DNA of 42,292 nt from Pyrinomonadaceae bacterium (GTDB taxonomy: Bacteria > Acidobacteriota > Blastocatellia > Pyrinomonadales > Pyrinomonadaceae). Where the stretch lies: positions 1 to 42,292 of the forward strand of contig DASUPR010000210.1 in the NCBI GenBank assembly GCA_036281015.1. The letters run 5' to 3'. Positions 17,049-24,129 of the stretch are shown here, piece after piece (position 1 is the stretch's first letter; every line of letters begins with the position of its first letter). The position numbers were made by a program, and so were the translations under genes. The notes beneath the pieces are model-generated. The model was given only the letters and a program-made list of their open reading frames with translations, had not been told where the DNA came from and did not search any database.

Positions 17049-17870
17049 ATGGCCGATCGTTTTCATCGAGAAGGACGAACACTGCAAGGTCGCGTCGCAC
17101 TGGTGACCGGTAGCGTCGGTGATGGAATAGGCCGCAGCACGGCACTCGCACTCGCTAACCTGGGAGCTGATGTCGCACTTAACTACGGCACTGGCCGCGC
17201 ACAGGAAGAGGTCGAGTCCAACGGCAAATGCGTGCAGGCGGCGATCGAGGAAATGGGATCGCGTTCCGTGCTTATCCGCGCTAATACCGGAGATGAACAA
17301 GAAGTCATCAGTCTCTTTCAACAAATACGGAAGGATTTAGGAAGCGTCGACATCCTCGTTAATAACGCCGGCAGCGTGTGGTTGGAACAAGACTTCGCCG
17401 ACATCTCAGCCGAGAGATGGGAACGAACGATTGCCGCGGAACTAAATGGCGCCTTCTACTGTATGCGCGAGGCTTTGCCCGCAATGAGGGAAAAAAGGTG
17501 GGGGCGCATCATCAATATTGTCGTTGATCCTACTTCACTTAACCTTCTTATAAATGCCCAGTATGGGCACGTTCTCGACAAATACCCACATGCCTTCGCT
17601 GTCGGCAAGGCGGCGAGAAAATCTTTGACCCACACTCTCGCCTTTGCCGAGTTAAAAAACAAGATCACTATAAATAATATCCTCCCAGGCATTATCGAAG
17701 ACATTAGCCTTGATGAAGCAATCCGTGACGCCACTACTGACCCCGACACTAGAGTCGCTACCCGACCATCAGATGTTGCGCGAGTTATTGCCTTCCTGTG
17801 CCTGGAGGAAGGCGGCGTTATTACCGATAGTGACATAGTGATACCGGGTAACCTCTATTCGCGTCTCTAG
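17049..17870 (+). CDS. Short-chain dehydrogenase/reductase (SDR) family protein, atypical active site
   Basis: Rossmann motif ALVTGSVGDGIGRSTALALANLGADV and NNAG are present. Where S...YxxxK is expected the sequence reads IINIVVD ... FAVGK. The ATG at 17049 is preferred over the TTG at 17037. Confidence 0.7.
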   Translation: MADRFHREGRTLQGRVALVTGSVGDGIGRSTALALANLGADVALNYGTGRAQEEVESNGKCVQAAIEEMGSRSVLIRANTGDEQEVISLFQQIRKDLGSVDILVNNAGSVWLEQDFADISAERWERTIAAELNGAFYCMREALPAMREKRWGRIINIVVDPTSLNLLINAQYGHVLDKYPHAFAVGKAARKSLTHTLAFAELKNKITINNILPGIIEDISLDEAIRDATTDPDTRVATRPSDVARVIAFLCLEEGGVITDSDIVIPGNLYSRL

Positions 17871-17906
17871 GACACCTGAGTCAGGTCGGCAAGGAACAGC
17901 AGCAAC

Positions 17907-18989
17907 ATGGGACTATCACTGCCAGTTCTTCAAGATCCAAAGAAGAAGTACTCGCGCTGTCCCGGCAGCACGCTTTGTCCGTCATGCCCGCTCTTTGTCG
18001 AAAATGAAGGCCCATGCTCCGGATGCACCAATAGCTACCGCGAACGTTGTTTACAGGGCCGTTGTTATTCCCGCTGCAACCGATGCGGCGGCGGATTGCA
18101 TGCGGTCGTGCCCGCGTCTTGTGGTCGTTCACCACTGCGTGATGAATGGGCCAAGCTAATCCTGCCGCCGCTTAAACGTTATCGTCCGGCGCCTGTAGAC
18201 ATCTCGACTCCGTTGATTCCGGTAATCTATTGCCAGAAGGACGCTCGGCATATTCCACGGAAATTTCCACACATTGACGCCTGGGCCATACCTGTCCACA
18301 AGGCTATGAACTTGAAAGGAAGATTTCGTTCGGCAGACATGAAGGATTATCTGGGACTGATGCCCGGTCAGAAACTGATTCTATCAACTGCCGGGCCGGA
18401 TGATTTCATGGAGTTGCTTTGGGAGAAAGGTGATTCGTTTGACTATCGGAAGCATGGCTTCGATTACTGGTTTCCCGCCCACTTTTCAGTCTATGACAAC
18501 GATAGTAAGTTCTATCAGTTCTTTAATGCGCGGCGTCAGCAGATTCACGCTCGCAAGTGCAAGAGTCAGTTTGTGTGGTTTCGACTCGGCGAACACATTC
18601 CCGTCAGTTGGCTTGGGCCCATTCGAAACTGTCCGTCAGTATTGATCTCGTGCCAGCAGATGTACCAAAAGTTCAATAAGGAGTTATTAGCTCGAGAGAT
18701 GTCAATTGCCGACAATCTGTTCCCCTTGACGACAGACTTTTTTCTGCTGGGGTCAGGCTACGGTATCCCCATTCGTGACGGCCGCAGAGTTCACGAGATC
18801 CATTCACGCTGGATAGTCGGGGCCCTCAAGGGATATGACATAAAACATGTTCCTCATCCACGACTAAGTCGACGGCAACTTCTTTCGCGAAATCTACGAG
18901 AACTTTACCTGGCAGTTTCCAAGCGGCGAGTAAAGGATTCCAGTAGCGGCGGGAAGCAGCGTGGTGAGAGAACCAGGCAAGTGGGATAA
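17907..18989 (+). CDS. Cys-rich protein of unknown function
   Basis: 360 aa. The N-terminal ~60 aa hold 13 Cys (CPGSTLCPSCP..CSGC..C..C..CNRC..). The remainder has no motif I recognise. Same strand as the SDR gene, with short gaps on both sides. Confidence 0.6.
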   Translation: MGLSLPVLQDPKKKYSRCPGSTLCPSCPLFVENEGPCSGCTNSYRERCLQGRCYSRCNRCGGGLHAVVPASCGRSPLRDEWAKLILPPLKRYRPAPVDISTPLIPVIYCQKDARHIPRKFPHIDAWAIPVHKAMNLKGRFRSADMKDYLGLMPGQKLILSTAGPDDFMELLWEKGDSFDYRKHGFDYWFPAHFSVYDNDSKFYQFFNARRQQIHARKCKSQFVWFRLGEHIPVSWLGPIRNCPSVLISCQQMYQKFNKELLAREMSIADNLFPLTTDFFLLGSGYGIPIRDGRRVHEIHSRWIVGALKGYDIKHVPHPRLSRRQLLSRNLRELYLAVSKRRVKDSSSGGKQRGERTRQVG

Positions 18990-19010
18990 ATCGATCTTTG
19001 GAGGTGAGGC

Positions 19011-19268
19011 ATGAAGTGTGTGGCGTGCGGAAGTACCGCGCTTGTCGAAGGGACGTTGATGGATATTTCAAGTGGATTCAAGCCGAAGGAGTATTCCGAT
19101 TTGAAAAGTATGCTCGGCATTGGCACGCGCGAAGTCCGCGCCTATGGCTGCATCCACTGCCAGCACTTGCAACTCGCCGTCAGCTTTACCGAGAAGGACT
19201 TACAGCGTTACCAGCAGTTTGAAGGCGAGCAACCGGGTGTACTGGAACGAATAAACTCAGAGCCGTGA
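19011..19268 (+). CDS. Small zinc-ribbon-like protein
   Basis: 85 aa. MKCVACGS...GCIHCQH gives a CxxC...CxxC arrangement. A strong GGAGGTGA lies 4 nt upstream of the ATG. Confidence 0.6.
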   Translation: MKCVACGSTALVEGTLMDISSGFKPKEYSDLKSMLGIGTREVRAYGCIHCQHLQLAVSFTEKDLQRYQQFEGEQPGVLERINSEP

Positions 19269-19491
19269 GAGTTTGAGCCGGCCCTGGGATTAGTATTGTT
19301 TGAACATCTTTTGGCCTGGACCGGGTGCAGTTGTCCTCACCGGACCAAAAGAGCACCCAAAAACGCGTCGAACCCCCAAAAAACCTAGCGGAAATGCTGG
19401 TTTTGTTGAAGACTTTGCCGCTTGAGTGTGATATACCAATGTCCGACGTGCTTTACAATTCTAGTTCTCGTTGGAGGTGTCACACCAGACT

Positions 19492-19806
19492 ATGGCGACC
19501 AAAGCCGCTGCAGGCAAGAAGCGCATGACCCAATCGGAAGTTGTCAACTACTTCTCTGAATCTACCGGAATGAAGCGAGCGCAAGTGAAGGAGTTTTTTG
19601 AAGAGTTGTGCTCACTCGCGGCCCGTGAAGTTAAATCAAACGGCGAATTTGTTCTCCCCGGCTTCGGAAAACTTGTGAAATCAGAGCGCAAGGCCCGGGA
19701 AGGTCGAAACCCAGCGACCGGCGAAACCATCCAGATTCCTGCGAAAACAACGTTGAAGTTCCGTGTCGGCAAGGGCATGAAAGATACCGTGCTGCCAAAA
19801 AAGTGA
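19492..19806 (+). CDS. hup: HU-family nucleoid-associated DNA-binding protein with a short Lys/Ala N-terminal extension
   Basis: MTQSEVVNYFSE..GMKRAQVKEFFEEL......G.FVLPGFGKL....RKAREGRNPATGETIQIPAKTTLKFRVGK is the classic HU/IHF fold signature. The ATG at 19492 is preferred over the TTG at 19471; the ATG at 19525 is also possible. Confidence 0.85.
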   Translation: MATKAAAGKKRMTQSEVVNYFSESTGMKRAQVKEFFEELCSLAAREVKSNGEFVLPGFGKLVKSERKAREGRNPATGETIQIPAKTTLKFRVGKGMKDTVLPKK

Positions 19807-19946
19807 AGTCCCGGCACTATTATTTTTCAGCAAACGGCGCCGCCCCTTACCTTTTCCGGGAATTCGGGCGGCGTCTTTGTCCGTAAACCTCCCAATCAAC
19901 CCAAAACCTCAAGAAAACGAGCGTTTCTGCGTCCCTTAAAAATTTC

Positions 19947-19975
19947 TGGACGTAGCGACGTGTCTCCAGTATAAT
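19947..19975 (+). promoter_or_regulatory. Putative sigma-70-type promoter
   Basis: TGGACG (19947..19952), a 17-nt spacer, then a perfect TATAAT (19970..19975). This implies a ~170-nt leader before the GTG at 20154. Confidence 0.4.
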
Positions 19976-20153
19976 TTCGCGTTTCGCTGAACACCCCTGC
20001 GGCAAGCGTCTTAAGCAGCCTTTTGTTTTTGGGGTTAACTCCCCAGAATCTAAAGCTTTGTGTGGGGGGAGGGCTGCATCCTAGAGGGTAGCGGTAGCAT
20101 CTATAGTTTATACATTTGAAACGCAGATTCTAATTGGAGGAGTTGAGGCAATC

Positions 20154-20399
20154 GTGACTTTTGATACACACCTGCCGCTAAATGAGCGGCTTATGAGAAT
20201 CGATCATATCCAGGCACGCCGATTTTCGAAGCTGAACGGCGAGGCTCTCGAGATAGCGACCGAGGGCATCATCAGACATCTCAAAGCGTGCGACCGAATG
20301 GACGTTAACCCGGAAACCTCGGCAGTGCGCGAGATCATCGACGATGCGCTGAATGGTCGTCGCGTGTTCGCAGAGACACAAGAATCCCGCGCGGCCTAA
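20154..20399 (+). CDS. Hypothetical small protein
   Basis: 81 aa. GTG start with GGAGGAG 12 nt upstream. Followed by a strong terminator. Confidence 0.5.
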   Translation: MTFDTHLPLNERLMRIDHIQARRFSKLNGEALEIATEGIIRHLKACDRMDVNPETSAVREIIDDALNGRRVFAETQESRAA

Positions 20400-20426
20400 G
20401 CGCTTTCTTCCTGGACTTCTTAAGAA

Positions 20427-20457
20427 AGAGATCGCCCCGTTCGGGCGATCTCTTTTC
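20427..20457 (+). terminator. Rho-independent terminator
   Basis: Perfect 11-bp stem AGAGATCGCCC / GGGCGATCTCT, 5-nt loop (CGTTC), then TTTT. Confidence 0.85.
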
Positions 20458-20553
20458 ATTTGCTCTTTGAACCTTTTTTGGCAACGGCACAGAAATGGCA
20501 CGCGGTTGACCAGATCAACAGCGAGGGTTAACATGCGAAGCCATTGAATTGAT

Positions 20554-20901
20554 GCCCCTGTAGCTCAGCGGATAGAGCATCTGCCTTGTTGGAGCCTTGA
20601 TGGGGAAAGTCTGGAACCCATTAAGTGGACGACCCTGTATGCGGGGACGCCCTGAGAGCCTCCGGTACTTCGCTCGTTTCGAAGTAAAAATCCGTGAGGA
20701 TTGGGTAATCCGCAGGAAACCTTTAGTCGCAAATCGTAAAACGCGGCGTCGATAAGGGATCCTCAGAGACTATACGGGTCGGGACTGAGAGGTCCAAGAT
20801 ATAGTCCAGCCAGCAACCCCAGCTTTGACGGGCGGTCAGGGAAAGCCTGATGCTGGAAGCTAAGCAGAGGGCCGCAGGTTCGAGTCCTGCCGGGGGCACC
20901 A
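20554..20901 (+). tRNA. tRNA-Arg (anticodon TCT) interrupted in the anticodon loop by a group I intron
   Basis: Joining the 5' exon (20554..20587, GCCCCTGTAGCTCAGCGGATAGAGCATCTGCCTT) to the 3' exon (20860..20901, CTAAGCAGAGGGCCGCAGGTTCGAGTCCTGCCGGGGGCACCA) gives a 76-nt cloverleaf. Its anticodon loop is CTTCTAA. As I recall E. coli tRNA-Arg(UCU), it closely resembles that sequence (..CCUUCUAAG..GGGCCGCAGGUUCGA..). Confidence 0.8.
20588..20859 (+). ncRNA. Group I intron (IC3-like, tRNA-anticodon-loop type), about 272 nt, with no internal ORF
   Basis: The 5' exon ends in U and the intron ends in G. Conserved R/S elements ..CAGAGACTATACGG.. and ..AAGATATAGTCC.. form P7 (GACTAT at 20768..20773, ATAGTC at 20801..20806). 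The 5' region TTGGAGCCTTGA..TTAAGTGGA resembles cyanobacterial tRNA-Leu introns as I recall them. A P1 helix is possible between exon CCUU and GGGG at 20602..20605. Confidence 0.75.
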
Positions 20902-20913
20902 CATCAAGAATAT

Positions 20914-20991
<78 letters not shown>

Positions 20992-21020
20992 ACCAAACAT
21001 CACCGAGGAATTATTCACAA

Positions 21021-21287
21021 ATGCCTGACGAACAAAGAGTAGCGAACAACTCTCAGACCTATGTTGCGGACGCGGATGATTTTGAGTTTGAGACGTTGGA
21101 ACAGAAGAATGGTCAGGCGACCGTGATCAGGTTTCGGCTGGAGGATCCGAAGTATCACGCGGGCGACGTGCTCGTCGTGTTGAGTGGGAGTGAGATTCAC
21201 TTCCACGGCATGATTGGCAAACTCGCCGATGGTTGGGCCGTCGCCAGCGATCACCGTGGATCGCTGCTCGCCGCTACAGTCCAATAA
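21021..21287 (+). CDS. Hypothetical small protein
   Basis: 88 aa from the ATG at 21021 (GAGGAA upstream). The track's longer ORF would start inside tRNA-His. Confidence 0.45.
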   Translation: MPDEQRVANNSQTYVADADDFEFETLEQKNGQATVIRFRLEDPKYHAGDVLVVLSGSEIHFHGMIGKLADGWAVASDHRGSLLAATVQ

Positions 21288-21288
21288 C

Positions 21289-22266
21289 TCACCTTATATA
21301 ACCGGCAGGAAACGTAACCCTCACGCCCGGCGTCACCGATTTCACTTCGATCCGGTGAAAGCCTTTGTTCAAGTGCGTCGATAAGAACGTCAGCGCGACC
21401 TGCTTTTCCAGCGACACATCGAGCTCGCGAAGAAACGGCTCAAAACTCACCGGCGTTCCCAGTCCCTGAAAGAACGCGTGCCCGCCGGTTTCATTTGACA
21501 ACCGTAACAGCGAGCTCTGCGCATTCGCGATCAGTACTGGATTCCCCTGGGCGACAACCGACGGCGCGTAGAACCCGTAAATCGCCACGCCACGCCGCTG
21601 CGACTCATTCACCGCACGCTGCAAATCAATACTCTGCGTCGGCGCGGATGAATCAACTCCACGCGAAATATCCAAACCGTCCGAAACCAACAGAATAGCC
21701 CGGCGTCCCAGCGGCTGTGAGTCAAACTTCTTCAGTGCTTCAATCACTTCAACATACGGGTTGTACGGACCGGAATTCGCAAAACCACTCGGCGGGCGCA
21801 AAGCGTTCGCCGCTTTATCGAGATCGCTGGTGAACTTCTGTTTGACCTGCAAACTGCCGGTTCGCAGGTACCCGATCATCACGCGCGAGTTCTTCGGCAA
21901 ACCGGTTATGAACTCACGCAGCGACTTGATCTCATTACCGACCGACGGTACGAGGTCTTCCTGAATCAGCACTGCGAGCGTGATCGGCGAATTGGTGCCG
22001 ACGCCGCGAATCGAAAGGATCGTCTGCGGCTCGCCGTCTTCGTTGACGGTCAGATCGATGTTTTGCAGCTCAGTCTCTGGTTCCAGTTGCCGATCTTTGA
22101 TCTTAATCGTCAGCGGAATCGTAACTGGTCTTCCGGGGTTGCTACGCGTGGAGTTTGCTCCGTTGATGGCGGGTGTCTGAGCAGCCACCATCTGTGCGGC
22201 AAACGCAAAACCAGCCAGTAATGCCAGAGTCCATAAGAAGGAGAACGTTCGTCGGACGGTATTCAT
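21289..22266 (-). CDS. Secreted von Willebrand factor A (VWA) domain protein
   Basis: Signal peptide, then a VWA-like layout (..ITLAVLIQEDL.. and ..RRAILLVSDGLDISRG..). The ATG at 22266 is preferred because of an AGAGAGGA SD. Confidence 0.6.
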   Translation of the reverse strand: MNTVRRTFSFLWTLALLAGFAFAAQMVAAQTPAINGANSTRSNPGRPVTIPLTIKIKDRQLEPETELQNIDLTVNEDGEPQTILSIRGVGTNSPITLAVLIQEDLVPSVGNEIKSLREFITGLPKNSRVMIGYLRTGSLQVKQKFTSDLDKAANALRPPSGFANSGPYNPYVEVIEALKKFDSQPLGRRAILLVSDGLDISRGVDSSAPTQSIDLQRAVNESQRRGVAIYGFYAPSVVAQGNPVLIANAQSSLLRLSNETGGHAFFQGLGTPVSFEPFLRELDVSLEKQVALTFLSTHLNKGFHRIEVKSVTPGVRVTFPAGYIR

Positions 22267-22332
22267 TAGATCCTCTCTCATTGAGTCGGCTCATTATACA
22301 AGCTAAGATCCCGAACTAAGGAGCACGGAACG

Positions 22333-23139
22333 ATGCAGATGTCCCTGAGTCAGCCCGAAGGGAAACTCTCCACCAAAGACGCGACGACGGCGCGAGTGTT
22401 GAAGTTTGCCCCATGGATCGCCGTTCTGGTCACTTCGATCCCGGCTCCACTTCTCTTCCTGGTACTGTTCGTAACGGCGACAGCTACTGATTCGGCCGCG
22501 GTTTTTCTACTGCTGGCGGGCCTTTCCCTGACCTTGGGATTCGCCCTCGGTGTGGTGATTGCTGCCATTCTCCTCATTTACCGCCGAAAATGGCTCTCAA
22601 AATTACGCGACCGGTTAGCATCGGATGGAATCACGGCCAATGAGGTTGTCTGGTTTCGTTCAGAGCTGACCTCCGCCGAGCGAGCCGCGCTCAAGGAAAT
22701 GGAGCAAGGTAATCCGTTACTGGCGGACGCCTACATGGAAACACTCGCCAACCGGCTGACTGCCTCCCGCATCATCGCCCGTTCAAAACGCGAACTGTTG
22801 CGCGTCGAACGACGCTTGAATCGAGCCCGCACGCTGGGCACGCCGGAGTCAAAAAAGCTCCAACGAGACCTTTCCGAAGATCACGATCGCTTGAAACATC
22901 TACTGGGTCAGGCCAATGAGCACCTGAGCAATGCAAAAACGCGTTTGCAAGTGATCGAAGCTACGGCGAGCCGGAAACTCAGCCAGGGCGATACGGATCT
23001 GATGATGCAACGTCTCGGAAGTGCTCAGGACCAGTTGCCGCTGGTGCTGGAAATTGCCGAACTCGAGCGGCAGATGCTCACCGAAACCAGCGATTCGCTA
23101 ACTAACAAGGAGCTGACTCAAGGTTCCGCTCAAAATTAG
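22333..23139 (+). CDS. Hypothetical membrane protein with a coiled-coil C-terminal half
   Basis: 268 aa. Two hydrophobic helices near the N-terminus, then charged heptad-like sequence. Confidence 0.5.
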   Translation: MQMSLSQPEGKLSTKDATTARVLKFAPWIAVLVTSIPAPLLFLVLFVTATATDSAAVFLLLAGLSLTLGFALGVVIAAILLIYRRKWLSKLRDRLASDGITANEVVWFRSELTSAERAALKEMEQGNPLLADAYMETLANRLTASRIIARSKRELLRVERRLNRARTLGTPESKKLQRDLSEDHDRLKHLLGQANEHLSNAKTRLQVIEATASRKLSQGDTDLMMQRLGSAQDQLPLVLEIAELERQMLTETSDSLTNKELTQGSAQN

Positions 23140-23941
23140 CCAGACGATAAATACCCGGTCCAAGCCGCTCCGCAAACCCTTCGTCAACCAGGGCCCAGTT
23201 TCCCAAACCCGCTTCCGGTGAGCTCAACCCGGTTACCCGAGCCAGTTCACCACGAGGCGTCATCCCCGCGCCCGCCAGATAAGCGCGCGCAATTTCGCGC
23301 AGGGCCACTTCCCTTTCAACCTTTTCCTTGAGCTGATCCGGAAAACGAGCTTCGGGAATCGACCAGATGTAAGTAAACGTCGGCTCGTAAAGCACATCGC
23401 TCGGAATGATCTTCAGCGCTCTTTGCAACTGGACCATTGCGCGATCGAAGCGGGGACGGTCAGTGATACCACTCTCTTCGCGCAGATCGCGCGTGGCCAT
23501 TTCCCACTCGCGCCGCATGATTTTCAAAATCGCCAGCGCATCCGGAGAAAGAACCTGCTTCTCGCGCCGTTGCGGCACTCCCCAAAGCGCGTTGAAGAAC
23601 GGCAACAAACGCGGCGTGATAAATGTCGAACGGCCTTTGATTAACTTGGCGTAAAAGCAGCGGCCGCGGCGCATGACGTCGTCTTTGATAGACCACGCAA
23701 GGCGGCTTTCCGGATCCTTCTGCACATTTCGCGGCATGTGCGCATCGCGACGCCCGCATACGGCGACGTAAAGCGATGGTCCAGGCCGGCGGGAATCGGT
23801 CAACGCCTCGCAAAATCCCACGTCCTCAATAAACCGTTCCGCCGCGTAAACATCCTCCACGCGAAACTCAGGATCGCGCCGCCACATGCGATCGCGATGG
23901 GCCTCAATCTCTTCCGGAAGCATGGCGGGGCATTCTATCAA
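23102..23941 (-). CDS. Hypothetical protein (possibly winged-helix, YcaQ/AlkZ-like; not verified)
   Basis: 279-aa ORF with typical local codon composition. The family assignment is only an impression. Confidence 0.45.
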   Translation of the reverse strand: MIECPAMLPEEIEAHRDRMWRRDPEFRVEDVYAAERFIEDVGFCEALTDSRRPGPSLYVAVCGRRDAHMPRNVQKDPESRLAWSIKDDVMRRGRCFYAKLIKGRSTFITPRLLPFFNALWGVPQRREKQVLSPDALAILKIMRREWEMATRDLREESGITDRPRFDRAMVQLQRALKIIPSDVLYEPTFTYIWSIPEARFPDQLKEKVEREVALREIARAYLAGAGMTPRGELARVTGLSSPEAGLGNWALVDEGFAERLGPGIYRLANFERNLESAPC

Positions 23942-24129
23942 AGTGATTTAGCCAAACAGTCAAAGTGCCTTGATCGGTCAGCCTCCAAACCTCGGTGAAT
24001 TTCGCCGCTAACTCCGTAAGTTGTTGCAGCACAGCGACGTAAGTGTTTCAACAGCTTTGGCACGAGCCCTGCACATGGGTTTTCGCCCCACTCTTGTGGG
24101 CGCAGAACGAAAACCCCAGGTTGACGGAG

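Noticed and set aside
19300-19350. Imperfect hairpin after the zinc-ribbon gene, considered as the operon terminator
   Set aside because: The stem (CTTTTGG..CCAAAAG plus an inner CCGG) is interrupted and is not followed by a U-tract. Too weak to call.
19820-19880. Possible terminator after the HU gene (GCCGCCC ... GGGCGGC)
   Set aside because: The 7-bp stem has a ~20-nt loop and only a weak T-run. Plausible but not convincing enough to list as a feature.
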